A DNA stretch of 64,000 nt. It comes from Okamejei kenojei. Taxonomy: Eukaryota. The stretch is taken from NCBI GenBank assembly GCA_035221665.1, contig CM069163.1:16554001-16618000 (forward strand), written 5' to 3'. Shown piece after piece: positions 48,259-59,816 of the stretch (position 1 is its first letter; the number at the start of each line of letters is the position of its first letter). Below the pieces are notes generated by a model. It worked only from the letters and a program-made list of their open reading frames with translations, had not been told where the DNA came from and did not search any database. The position numbers and the translations under genes were made by a program.

Positions 48259-50178
48259 TTAACTTCCGTAATCATTTTTTTCACACTTTGTACATTGGGA
48301 TTGGAAACACAGTTTAAAAAGTTGCTATTGCCCCCAAAGTCATGAGCAAGGATACGCTAGATGAGGGGAAAGGCGTAATAGGACATGCAATTGCATAAAG
48401 TATTGTGAGAGCAAGTTGGTGTGTGGTATGTATGCATACCTGCACTGCAATATACCTCCTCCAGTGTTATTACTTCTATTTTCAAGCACTTTATATTACG
48501 CTGCATATAGTTTTCTCTGTTGCTGAATGAGCAATAAATCAACCAACATTACCATTTAGTGCACAGTATTACATGTTAACGAGTTGCAGTGCAAAACCAC
48601 TTTGGCTGATGAGCAGTACAAACATTTTTCAATCAACAGCAGAATATATAGGTGGGGGAAAATCAATGGAGCGAATATTCGTTTCATCATGCAGACATTT
48701 TTGATAATTTGGAATAATATTCACCTTGGGATTCTTTTTGGCTTTTCATTAGAGACTGTTATCATTACACCATAGTACAATCACAGCTTCAGCTAGGTTA
48801 ACAGTCAACCATTTTCTCAAGCTGAAAGCTGTTAATATTAACTTTCTAATTTTTATTAAATTGCTCTTCCTAATAACCTTGTTTCCAGGTCAGATGCTTT
48901 CTTCTTTTCGTTGGTATTAATTTGTGTTGATGTTTGAAAGCACTTTGCCCAGCAAAGTCTTTAATTTTTAATTTCAGCCCAGCATGGCTTGCCTTATATA
49001 TATTTGATGAGCTGAGATAAGGGCATTTCCCCCTCTCTGATTGTTCACATGTTAGTGAACACATGAGTAAATGCACAAAACCTTGCTCAGAAATTATTCA
49101 TGTGTGGTCTAAAGCTTCCTGTTCTTGAGCAGTGAAATCGAGTTTATTGAGTCAGCCCAGAAGGACACATTCCAAGGACACATTTAATTTGGCTGCTCTT
49201 CTTCCTGTTGAAAAGCACTAAGATTTTTAAAGGAGAAATTGGATATCGTGCTTCCAACAGGGAATTTATGTTCAAAATATACAAGCTAAATATGGGAATG
49301 ACCATCATTGGCTGGACCATGGGAAGTTGAAGTGGCGGGGGAGTATGTTGGTAGAGGGAGGTTGGCGTGAGTGGTATGTTGCTATGTCGGTGTCAACACC
49401 AAAATAACCTTTATTTGGTGTGTGTTTGTTACATCGGCAGTAAGTGTTAGTTGAAATTTATTTTAAAATTGCAGATGCTGAAAATCTGAAATAAAGTGAG
49501 GTCAGGTAGCATTTTCATCAGATCTCGGACCCTTTATCAGAAATGAAAAATGAGAAAACATGTTAGTTTTAAAATGCAGAGAGGGTGGAGCAGGAGTGGA
49601 TATAGCAAAGGGAATATATGATGGTGCCAGGGTGCTGAGGTCCTGTTGTTTAAGCGATTGTTTGGTTAATGGACTATTGAAGGAAGTTAGAAAAAGAAAA
49701 CATTAAGAAATTTAGTTTGCAGATGCTGATAAACCTGAAGCCAAGAAGAATGCCCCTACAAATTAGGAGAAGGGAAATTAATATTGCAGTTGGATAATGT
49801 TATAGCAGAACTGGCCAGTTTTGATGGAAACAGAAAGTATATTATTTGAAATTGCAACGAGTCCAGAAGGAAGATGATGTGCTGCTCCTCAAGCTTGCAC
49901 CTTGAGTTGGACTGAAGCATGGACGTATCCTACAAAAAAAGTCAACTACCCACAGTTGATTTGGACAAAGTGAATGGAATTTAAGAAGTTATTCAGTCAG
50001 GTGAATAATGGAGCTGAATTGTTTGCCCTCTGCTCAAAACAAAAGAAGAGGACCCTCCACCCATATCTGGCTTGATTGGATTGAAAGTATGGAGTCAATT
50101 TGGAAGCAATAAGTTTGATGGGGCAAGAGCATGTTGTGGCAATGGGTTTGCTTATTAGCACTCATACTGGTTTAACTG

Positions 50179-50314
50179 GGGTGGAAGATTGCAACCTTCA
50201 CGTGGTCCCCCTGTTTTGACGAATGCAATCAAATAAGATCAAATACAACAAATTGTCCTACAACTTTAGGCTGTGCACACCATACGCAAGAAGAAGAAGA
50301 AGAAGAAGAAGAAG
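50179..50314 (+). mobile_element. 136-bp (AAG)n-tailed retroposon with a 13-bp TSD
   Basis: actggtttaactg at 50166-50178 and 50315-50327 flank the element, which ends in an aag triplet run. Confidence 0.9.
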
Positions 50315-50583
50315 ACTGGTTTAACTGTTGTTTGTCCGATGCTAGTATAGCAGTAACAATGGAGAGCTTGAACTTAGTGGGGGTAGATATAGATCCTGAG
50401 ACACCAGTAGAGCATAACAGTTACATTTATAAAAAATAATTGTAAAATAGGTTATCTATTCCCAGTGGTATGTTGGCACCTTGGTGAATCAGTTGAACCA
50501 AAGGCCAATAACATTTTAAAAGATATACCTGATATAAGGGGTTTGGCTATCTGAAGTTGGGAAATCACAGATCATTCAATCCA

Positions 50584-50738
50584 AATCAGTCTGAAGAAGC
50601 GTCTCGACCCAAAACATAACCCAATCCTTTTCTTAAGAGATGCTGTCTGACCTGCTAAGTTACTCCAGCTTTTTGTGTCAATCTTCATACAATTCTTACA
50701 CATTTATACAGTATAAATCAGCATCTGCATTTCCTTGA
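50584..50738 (+). mobile_element. Penelope pLTR fragment with mutated hammerhead core
   Basis: agtCTGAAGAagcgtctcgacccAAAAcat (GAAA lost), then the pLTR tail. Confidence 0.75.
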
Positions 50739-51297
50739 AATTAGAAATTGTGTATAGATTAGCTTTTCTTGGCTATTTGTTTATTAATGGAATGTATTCA
50801 ACTTTTTAAACTATCTTGTAGATGGTGCAATATATTAATTAAATTATATTAAGAGATTGCAAAAATAAAGTTGAGTTGTTGTGCAGTGGGTTACGGTTCT
50901 ATACAGTTCATTGGTAATAATGCCTTTGTGAGTGAAAATGTATGTGAATGGTGCCAATGTCACTGTTGCAGTTGAATCTCATACCCTTTACTGCCATCAT
51001 TTTATATTACTCCTATCTCCCTTGTGTTTTCTAGTCAAGTGAGTTCCAAATTCTAGCCACTCTCCAGGGTAAGAGGTTTCTCCTGAATTTCATTTTGAAT
51101 TTATTGATTAGTGATTCCCATAATGAATCAACCATTTTAGAATTTTAAAGGTCTTATCCAGGTCATCCCACATTTTTTTTCCAGAGAAAGGAGTCAATGC
51201 ATCTTCAGTCGTTTCTGACAAGTGTAACTCTGTGTTCTTACATTTGTAAATATTTATGCATTATTTCCAGTGCTGCTCCATACTTTACATAATAAAA

Positions 51298-51423
51298 GGG
51301 TACACAAAAAGCTGGAGAAACTCAGCGGGTGCAGCAGCATCTAAGGAGCGAAGGAGATAGGCGACGTTTCGGGTCGAGACCCTTCTTCAGACCGACGTTT
51401 CGGGTCGAGACCCTTCTTCAGAC
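51298..51423 (-). mobile_element. 126-bp Penelope-derived insertion with a 12-bp TSD
   Basis: tacataataaaa at 51286-51297 and 51424-51435; inserted into an old minus-strand CR1 remnant. Confidence 0.88.
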
Positions 51424-51426
51424 TAC
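51358..51426 (-). ncRNA. Tandem pair of minimal type-I hammerhead ribozyme motifs
   Basis: Minus strand: gtCTGAAGA-a-GGGT(CTCG)ACCC-GAAA-CGTC, repeated exactly with a 31-nt period (51362-51392 and 51393-51423). Activity is not shown. Confidence 0.65.
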
Positions 51427-52466
51427 ATAATAAAATACTGCTAACTGTACTCTGGTGTGGGTTTATAAGGTTAACATAAGGACTTTTTTTGAAATGTGAC
51501 CTCTCCAGAAATGAATCCCATTCCAATATTCCATTGCTTTTCCTTATTTTGAAACAGAATGCAATGACCTCATTCAGTTCATCAAAGTTTGTAGTTTTAC
51601 CTTTGCCAATTAAGTGATGGATGAACTGGCCATTAATATTTTCCTAATCTTTGTCAATATACTTCTCTTTCTCATACTGCATGTGCATTGAAGACCTAGT
51701 CTTGATGCAATTTAAATGTGCCTTCAGATCTGTTCAGAACATTTGACATTTACCTGCAAATTCCTGGCCTGATTTCTTGAGTTATTGTTGATGGGTCACA
51801 ATCAATTAATGTTACAGCATATAAGGGAAGAGCTGAAAGTGCCAATAATTGAATGTTTTATTAGTTTCCAAAATAATGATATTGAAAAAAGCCACTTGAG
51901 AGGGCTCCTTTTCCGCACGATTTTTGTTTCGACTTTTAAAAATGTTGTCCTTATAGAAACTTTCTGTGCAAATGTATTGTTTGAAATTGTCTTTGGACTC
52001 TTTTATCAAACTAAGTTAGTTGATTACATGCTGTTTTCTTGATGTTTAAGTGGTTGTCTCCTGAAAGGAACACCAATCATATAATTTAATTCCCATCTCT
52101 AATGGTCAAGTGCCACGCTTTAAATGAAACATTAATGCAGCAGTAAAGCAAACGGATTAAAATTTGTTGTCATCATTATTGGCAGAATTGCATCAATTGG
52201 CATTGTTCTATTTGTTGTACTTCTAACTTTGTTATTTGTTTTATACCAGGAAGTACTAACATAGTGGTAGAATGATATTTTTTGTTGTTGTTCAAAATTG
52301 GATTTTATATTTTGGGAAAATGGGATGTACAGTTGCATATCAGTTCAACGATTGAAATGGAGCTGTAGAAGACTCCAAACTCATCAAATTTGCACAACAG
52401 AGTCCGAGACATTGGTTATGGCAAATCAGCATTCCAATGAATTATTAGAAAATAAGGCCTCCTCAG

Positions 52467-53040
52467 GTCTCTGCCCCTCTCTCTCTGTCTCTGCCCCTCT
52501 CTCTCTGTCTCTGCCCCTCTCTCTCTGTCTCTGCCCCTCTCTCTCTGTCTCTGCCCCTCTCTCTCTGTCTCAGCCCCTCTCTCTCTGTCCTCAGCCCCTC
52601 TCTCTGTCTCTGCCCCTCTCTCTCTGTCTCTGCCCCTCTCTCTGTCTCTGCCCCTCTCTCTCTGTCTCTGCCCCTCTCTCTCTGTCTCTGCCCCTCTCTC
52701 TCTGTCTCTGCCTCTCTGTCTCTGCCCTCTCTCTCTGTCTCTGCCCCTGCCTCTCTCTGTCTCTGTCTCTGCCCCTGCCTCTCTCTCTCCCTGTCTCTGC
52801 CCCTGCCTCTCTCTGTCTCTCTCTCTGCCCCTGCCTCTCTCTCTCCGTCTCTGCCCCTGCCTCTCTCTCTCCGTGTCTCTGCCCCTGCCTCTCTCTCTCT
52901 CCCTTTCTCTGCCCTGCCCTCTCTCTCCCTGTCTCTGCCCCTGCCTCTCTCTCCCCTGTCTCTGCCCCTGCCTTCTCTCTCTATCCCTGTCTCTGCCCCT
53001 GCCTCTCTCTCTCTCCTGTTCTCTGCCCCTGCCTCCCTCA
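52467..53040 (+). repeat. Polypyrimidine minisatellite (about 20-bp gtctctgcccctctctctct unit)
   Basis: Direct reading; runs into the gap. Confidence 0.95.
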
Positions 53041-53041
53041 T

Positions 53042-53330
53042 NNNNNNNNNNNNNNNNNNNNNNNNNNNNNNNNNNNNNNNNNNNNNNNNNNNNNNNNNNN
53101 NNNNNNNNNNNNNNNNNNNNNNNNNNNNNNNNNNNNNNNNNNNNNNNNNNNNNNNNNNNNNNNNNNNNNNNNNNNNNNNNNNNNNNNNNNNNNNNNNNNN
53201 NNNNNNNNNNNNNNNNNNNNNNNNNNNNNNNNNNNNNNNNNNNNNNNNNNNNNNNNNNNNNNNNNNNNNNNNNNNNNNNNNNNNNNNNNNNNNNNNNNNN
53301 NNNNNNNNNNNNNNNNNNNNNNNNNNNNNN
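53042..53330. other. Assembly gap (N run)
   Basis: Run of n characters. Confidence 1.
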
Positions 53331-53478
53331 GGGGAAGGGGTAAAAGAAGCCAATGAATAATATAATATCAAGGGGGGTGGTTAGTGTGTGTGTGTGACGC
53401 TGCAGTCCAGCCCACTTCCCCCCCGCCCCGCAACCGCGCTTTGATGGGATGGGACCCAACAGGTCCCACTTGGTCTAG
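53331..53478 (+). mobile_element. Helitron 3' end
   Basis: Hairpin tgggacc-caaca-ggtccca followed by cttggtCTAG|T; near-identical to the terminus at 26848. Confidence 0.78.
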
Positions 53479-53951
53479 TTAAACTTAAAACTAGGCGTCG
53501 ACGCCACTGGTCTGCTCCAGGGAGCCCTTATTCAACAGTTGACGTGTCTATTGTTGCGGCTCATGCTGCAGCCCCTGGCCGTCAAGGTTTTCTTCAGGCT
53601 GCTGCCAAAGACAAATGCTCTCTGTCACTGTGGATCCCCCTCCACTCTCACCTACTGCTGCTTCCAAGGTGGAGTGTGTCAGCGACACCGTAGGAGGAGG
53701 AGCGAGCAGACAAAGTGGATTAATGCTTATCACCATATCCATTCCAAACTTTTTGCCTATTTAATCAAATTCCATTTGCCTGCAATTGGATCATATCCTT
53801 CCATGCCGTGCCGATTTAAGTGTCAATCCAAATGCCTCTTAAATGTAGTAATTGAATGTGATTTCACAATGTCATCTGGGAACTGGTTCTAGACATACCC
53901 CACTCTATGTGCAAACAAAACGTATTCCTCGGGTCCCATTAAAATGCCTAC

Positions 53952-54042
53952 AGGGGCTGTCCCACGAGCATGCGACCTGCATGCGTCAAGCGCGACCAAA
54001 ACTGGAAGTGGGGGCCGCGCGGAGGTCGAGTGATCCCCGTAC
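53952..54042 (+). mobile_element. Single terminus of a Harbinger-like element
   Basis: ggggctgtcccac resembles the TIR gggc(c/t)tgtcccac of 62488-63257; CpG-rich; interrupts a CR1 remnant. Confidence 0.45.
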
Positions 54043-55084
54043 TTCCTTAACCTCTGCCCTTTAGTTTTCGATACCCAAAACAAGTCAAATCTCTCCCCAG
54101 AACTCCAACTCTCTAAGACCTCCAATCAGGTGAATTTTCTGGTGAAGTTCCTCTGCACCCTCTCCAGTTTATTTCAGATTTCCAACACATGCAGCTTTTG
54201 ATATTTTGTTTTCAACGTGTTGTAGCATATCCTCAAGATGTTGGAGTACCGGGAGTTCATCTGACTGAAGTTTCATCAGCTCCCTCAGTAAGAGACTTCC
54301 GTTTAGCTGCTTTTCCCTCTTGAGTAACACAACTGACATGGAGCAAAGGTGCCATATTTAGCCATTAAAATTTATTGTGGGCAGCAATTCTAAATCGATG
54401 GCCTCGGGGACCAAATAACAAGCTACAAAATACTCGAGGCATGCTCGGCTGTGTAGTATTGATCAGGCCAAAATATTAGATTAGCAGCAGTAAAATACCA
54501 TTCAATGCCTAGCATAATAGCAGTGGAATGCTATTACGGTGGGTTTTGATTGCACTGATGCAATTGTTTTGTCAATTTTGTTAGGATTGATGTTGAGTGC
54601 TGGTGAAAGATAATTGTGTTTCATACTTTGTATATGAATGGGCAGAGGGATAAAGGACAAAGACTGCTGTATTTTTGCAGTGCCATTGAGAATTCTACCT
54701 CCCGAGTTTGAATGGATGAACGGATATGTAAGCTTCATTCTGAGGTTGACATTGGAACACTGCACTGCTTTTATGATTTGTGGACCTTGCAGCGAGTCCT
54801 CTTTTTCAACTCTGACCCTTGTTGACTTCTTTATAAGGTCATTTTGCAAAATCGGCAAATATTCTCTTCATCTTTACATTTTTGCAATGATACATAGTTG
54901 CACTTCAACTATTGCTGGCAGATACTTTCTCATTTGTGCAGACAATTGGGCATTTACAGAACTATTGCTTAGAATTGGGGCAGATCAGATAAGATTCACT
55001 ATATCATATTTCTACCAATTATGCTTCTGTACCTTGCTGTTATCCAGGCTTTATTCTACTCAGTGATCTCTATAATAACTGACA

Positions 55085-55870
55085 GACCTCACTTAGTTAG
55101 AATTGGTCATAACCTTGTCCCGCAACACTAGTATCCCTCAGGATTGTGTGCTCAGCCCCATGCTCTAGTCCGTGTATAGCCATGATTGTGGAGCCAAGTA
55201 CAGCATCAATTCGATCTTTGAGTTCATTGATCAAAGCCATACTGTAGGCCTGATCAATAACAATAAGATGGAATACAGGAAAGAGACTGGGAACCTTGTG
55301 TCGTAGTCTCAGAACAACAAGCTGGCTCTTAACTTCAGCAAGAAGAAAGAGTTAGTTGTTGACCTAAGGAAGGGGGGACCAGGGGTGAATGCAGCCCTGT
55401 CCTCATCAACACGTTGATATAGAGATGATCAACAGGCATTCATATCACCAGCAACTTAATCTGAGCAGTTCATGCTAGTGTGATCAAGAATATATATCAA
55501 CATATTTACTTTCCTTGGTGTCTGAGAAGATTCAGCATGTCCACCACTATTTTCTTGAATTTCCACAGATGCATTATAAAAAGTATTCTTAGAGAATGCA
55601 TTTCCACCTGGCACGACAACTGCTCTGCTCTTGACCGCTTGAATCTGAAGAAAGTGGTGAACACAGCCCAGTCCATTACAGGTTTGCCATTTCCAACAAG
55701 TCCATCTTCACTGTGCATTGCATCAGGAAGGCTAGAGGTATCATCAAGCATGCCTCTCCCCCTGGCCATTCCCTTTTCTTTAGAAGATACAAGAGCTTAA
55801 AAGCCCGGATGTCCAGACATAAGAACAGCTTCTTTTCCACTGCCATCAAACTCCTGAATCAATCACCTAT
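55085..55870 (+). mobile_element. Rex1/Babar LINE RT fragment (degenerate)
   Basis: LRRFSMS...NFHRCIIKSIL..CISTW..NCS...L.KVVNTAQSITG; RYKSLKARMSRHKNSFFSTAIKLLN. Confidence 0.85.
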
Positions 55871-56164
55871 TTCATACCCTCTTCCTCTTACTATTAACTC
55901 TACTGCCATTGGTTATTCCATTTGGATATTTTTTTTTGCACCTCTTCAGATTGCACTAATTTTCTACTCCTTGATTGTCCTGGTATTTTAACAGAAAATC
56001 AACCAAGATTAAGTTCCTCATCATGGTAACATTCAATTGACATCAGATTGAAAATGTAATAATTTACAAGTAAAAATTGGATTAATTCTTATTTGAACTA
56101 TGATGCAGTGTGATCATCATGGCTTGTTAGCTATTAAAATATACTAACATTGCAGTATTAAAAG

Positions 56165-57475
56165 TGTAGGAGTACACGTAAGAAGGCAATCAGGAGGGTA
56201 AAAACGGGACAAAATGAGTCTGGCAGACAAGGGAAAGGAAAGGTCTAAGTGATTCCACAAATATAATAAGAGTAAGAGGATGATTAGGGAAAGAACAGGT
56301 CCCCTCAAAGATAAGCACAGCTCTCTTTGTTTGGAGCCACAGAGATGTTGGAGATATTAAATTACTATTTTTAGTGAGATTATGGAAGCTAAGAAGATAT
56401 GAATTCTGATGTCTAGTGATGTTAAAAAAAAGTGATTATTAATGTTTGTGTGATATTTCTCGCTGTGATTAATGAAAATTCATAGCACATAGTAGTTATT
56501 AAAATAACAATTGTCACTATTTAGTTAACATGCAGTTGTTTTGTTTTCTTCTCAATTGCAATTTCTAAATTTTGTATCTTTCCTTCTTCCTATTCCACAA
56601 GTCATCTGCCCTTTGCCTTCAGCAAATATATGGGGTGAGAAAGATTGATGATCATAAACGCCTGTTACCATTTTAACATGATTGTTGGTCATCTATATAT
56701 GAATATATGGATATATAAAATTATGAGAGGTGGATTGCCATCATCCTTTTTCACCAAGGTAAGGGAGTCTAAAACTAGTGGGCAAAACTTTAAGGTTAGA
56801 GGGGAAGCATTTAAAAGAGATCTGACTTTTCGCAGAGGATGATGGGTAAATGGAAGGGGCTGCCAGAGAAAGGTGCAGAGGCAAATACAATTACAACTTT
56901 TATAGGACATCTAGACAGGTAAATGGATAGGAAAGGTTTAGACGAATATGGACCGAACAACATCAATGGTAAGGGTGTGGAAATGGTTGGGAGCTTTAAG
57001 TTCCTTGCCATTAATATTACCAACGATTCGCCATGAACCAGCCACATTGATGTGACAGTTTAGAAGGCACACCAATGCCTCTACTTCCCGAAGAGACTGA
57101 GGAAATTCAGCATGTCTCCAATAACTCTTACAGACTTCTATAGCCTCACCATAGAAAGCATACTGTTAAGTGGCATTGCAGCTTGGATTCAGAAAAAATG
57201 CATAAGACTGTAAAGAAAAATTGCAGAGAATTGTGGATGTACCCTAGTCCATCACACATACCAGGCATCCCGCCATTGACACCATCTACACTTCATGTTG
57301 CCTCGGAAAAGCAGCCAACATAATCAAGACTTGCCCCACCTCATCATTCCTTCTTCTCCCTGCTCCTGTCCTGCAGACGGTACAGAAGCTTGAAAACGTG
57401 CACCACCTGACTTGGGATCAGCTTCTTCCCTTCCTTTATCAAGCTTCTGAACGGTCCTTCCATAAGATAAAGTAC
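56165..57475 (+). mobile_element. Cluster of a CR1 linker fragment, a CR1 3' end and a Rex1 fragment
   Basis: CR1 motifs at about 56170-56370 and 56710-56955; Rex1 at about 56960-57470 (gaaggcacaccaatgcctctacttc..., cagacggtacagaagcttg). Confidence 0.75.
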
Positions 57476-57759
57476 TGTTTGATTAAAGTCTACCTGATTA
57501 AGGACATTTTACACTTTCTAAGGAACTGGAGGGGGAACCAATATCCTTTCCCTCCCTAGTGCTACTAAGCAGGGAGCAGTGAAAGTGTGTTTGTTTCCAT
57601 GCAAGGAGTATTGTGGAGAAAGCCAATGAGCCTGGATCAGTACTTTGGACAATGGTGTTGTAGCTATTGCGGAAATGTGGATGCGAGGTATACGACTGGC
57701 ATCTCAATGTTCCGGCATTTTGATGTTTCGAAAGGGAGGCAAAAGAGGTGGAGAAGTTG

Positions 57760-58390
57760 CGCTACTAATCTTACTAACTTGATAGAATTTTTTGTGGAGA
57801 TAATGATGGTGATTGATGAGGGTAGTGCGATGGGTGCTGTCTAGGGCATTTGTTAAGGTTCCCCATGGTTGGCTGTTCCAAAAGATTATGATGCATGGGA
57901 TTGACAGTGACTTGGTCATATGGATTCAGAACTGGCTTACTGATAGAAGACAGGGTTGTGATGGAAAGACAATATTCTAGCTGGAGATCTGTGACCTGTG
58001 GAGTTCCACAGGGATCTGTGCTGTGTTTGAAATGTGTATATATATAAATTACTTTGACGTAAATGTGGACGTGTTGATTAGTGAGTTTGCAGATGCCACC
58101 AAGATTGTTAGGGTTATGAACTGTGATGAAGGCTGTCAAGATATACGTGGGGGTATAGATCAGCCACAGAAATGGGCAGAGAAATAGCAAATGGAATTTA
58201 ATCTGAGGTGTTAAACTATGTGTGAGGTATTATACTTTGGGAGGTTACATTTAAGGAGAAAATATACATTTAATGGCATGACCCTTAACAGCATTGAGGT
58301 ACAGAGTTAACTTTGGGTCCAAGTCCATGACACCCTGAAGTGGCAACACAAGTAGATAGTCTGGTCAAGAAGGCATAGGGTATGCAGCTT
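57760..58390 (+). mobile_element. CR1 reverse-transcriptase fragment (pseudogenised)
   Basis: TNLIEFF..., gtggagttccacagggatctgtgctg (GVPQGSVL), gagtttgcagatgccaccaagatt (FAD.TKI). Confidence 0.85.
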
Positions 58391-58394
58391 TTGA

Positions 58395-58696
58395 AGACTT
58401 TGGTTGGGCCTCTTATACCTGCATGAAGGAGGCAATTAAACACACCTGAGCAGTTACAAACCCCTGTGAAACCATGTGTCCCAAACATTATGGTGTCCTG
58501 AAATGGGGGGAACTATGTATAAACACTGCTGTAATTTCTACATGGTGAAACCAAAATGTATAAAAATGGCCTTTATTAAAATCTGACAATGTGCACTTTA
58601 AATGTGATTTTTTTCTATTACAAATCTCAAATTGTGGAGTACAGAGGCAAATAAATAAATTATTGGTCTTTGTCCCAAACATTATGGAGGGCACTG
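58395..58696 (+). mobile_element. Tc1-like transposon right end with IR/DR structure
   Basis: Ends ...ggagggcactg|TA; the direct repeat tgtcccaaacattatgg occurs at about 58477 and 58671. Confidence 0.85.
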
Positions 58697-59547
58697 TAAA
58701 ATAAACCATCCTCCAATGCTTCCAATATCTTTTACCCAGTATTTTAAATCTATTCTTGAACCATCTGATAATGAAACTAACTTTATTTATTTACCCAATT
58801 TAAACCTGTCAAAGTTTTGTGCACCTCAATAACATTTTTTTCTGAGGAATACAAGGGTCACATTCCCAACATTTGCATTTTAATCTTGTATCCAAATCCT
58901 TTATTCCTGTAACTGAGAGTTTCCACTGCTGATAAATGGTACAGCTGATCATACTTTAATTAGGTGATGACTGGAGAGTCCTATAGAGCTGAACTGTACA
59001 GTATTAATTTAGTCACTGAGGGATTCCAGATGGACTGTACTGCACCTGTTTTGTTTTCTCTTCTACTACTTTAATTATAATGGTGGTATGTAGAGACTGT
59101 TACTGCTTTCAGCCACCTGAGAAGCCAAGCAGGTTTGGCTATTAGAGGATAGAAGATTTGCAGTGAGAAGAATCCACATTGAGTAGCACACTATGCCAGC
59201 AGAGAGAGATACTGGTGCTGTTTTATTGCCATCATACTTGCTCTCTGTGGAGGCCCCATGCTGTTGGTGTTGCCACAAATTCCATTTGGTATCGCACCAC
59301 AATGTAGCTGCACATCAAGAGTAAATCTTCACAGTTTGTATTCTAGAAAAATAGGCAGTGATTGATCTTTCATCATATTCTTTATATGACATGCACATTG
59401 GGTTTGAACTGAGAATTACTGTCAGTCCGGTTAAATCTTTGATAAAATTGGAAAGTAGTGGATACGTTTTCAGTTTTAGTTTGTCACATATAATTGTTTA
59501 ACAGAGAAATTAATCATATTTTAAATTATTAATCTAAATACTAATTA

Positions 59548-59816
59548 AGTACGGTGACGCAGCAGTAGAGATCCCCGTGTTCGATGCTAACCACGGTTGC
59601 TATTTCTACCGAGTTTGTACGTTCTCCCCGTGACCTCCGAGGGTTTTCTCCGGGTGCTCCGGTTTCCTCTCACACTCCAAAGACGTATAGGTTTGTAGTT
59701 GAATTGGCTTCGGTAAAATTGTAAATTGTCCCTAGTGTGCGTAGGATAGTGTTAGTGTGCGGGGATCGAGGTTGGCACAGACTCAGTGGGCCGCATTGTA
59801 TCTCTAAACTAAACTA
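59548..59816 (+). mobile_element. HE1/V-SINE-like SINE
   Basis: gagtttgtacgttctccccgtgacc...gggttttctccgggtgctccggtttcc core; (taaac)n tail. Confidence 0.82.

Noticed and set aside
52298-53459. ORFs of about 300-350 aa on both strands
   Set aside because: Translation of a CT/AG minisatellite plus an N gap.
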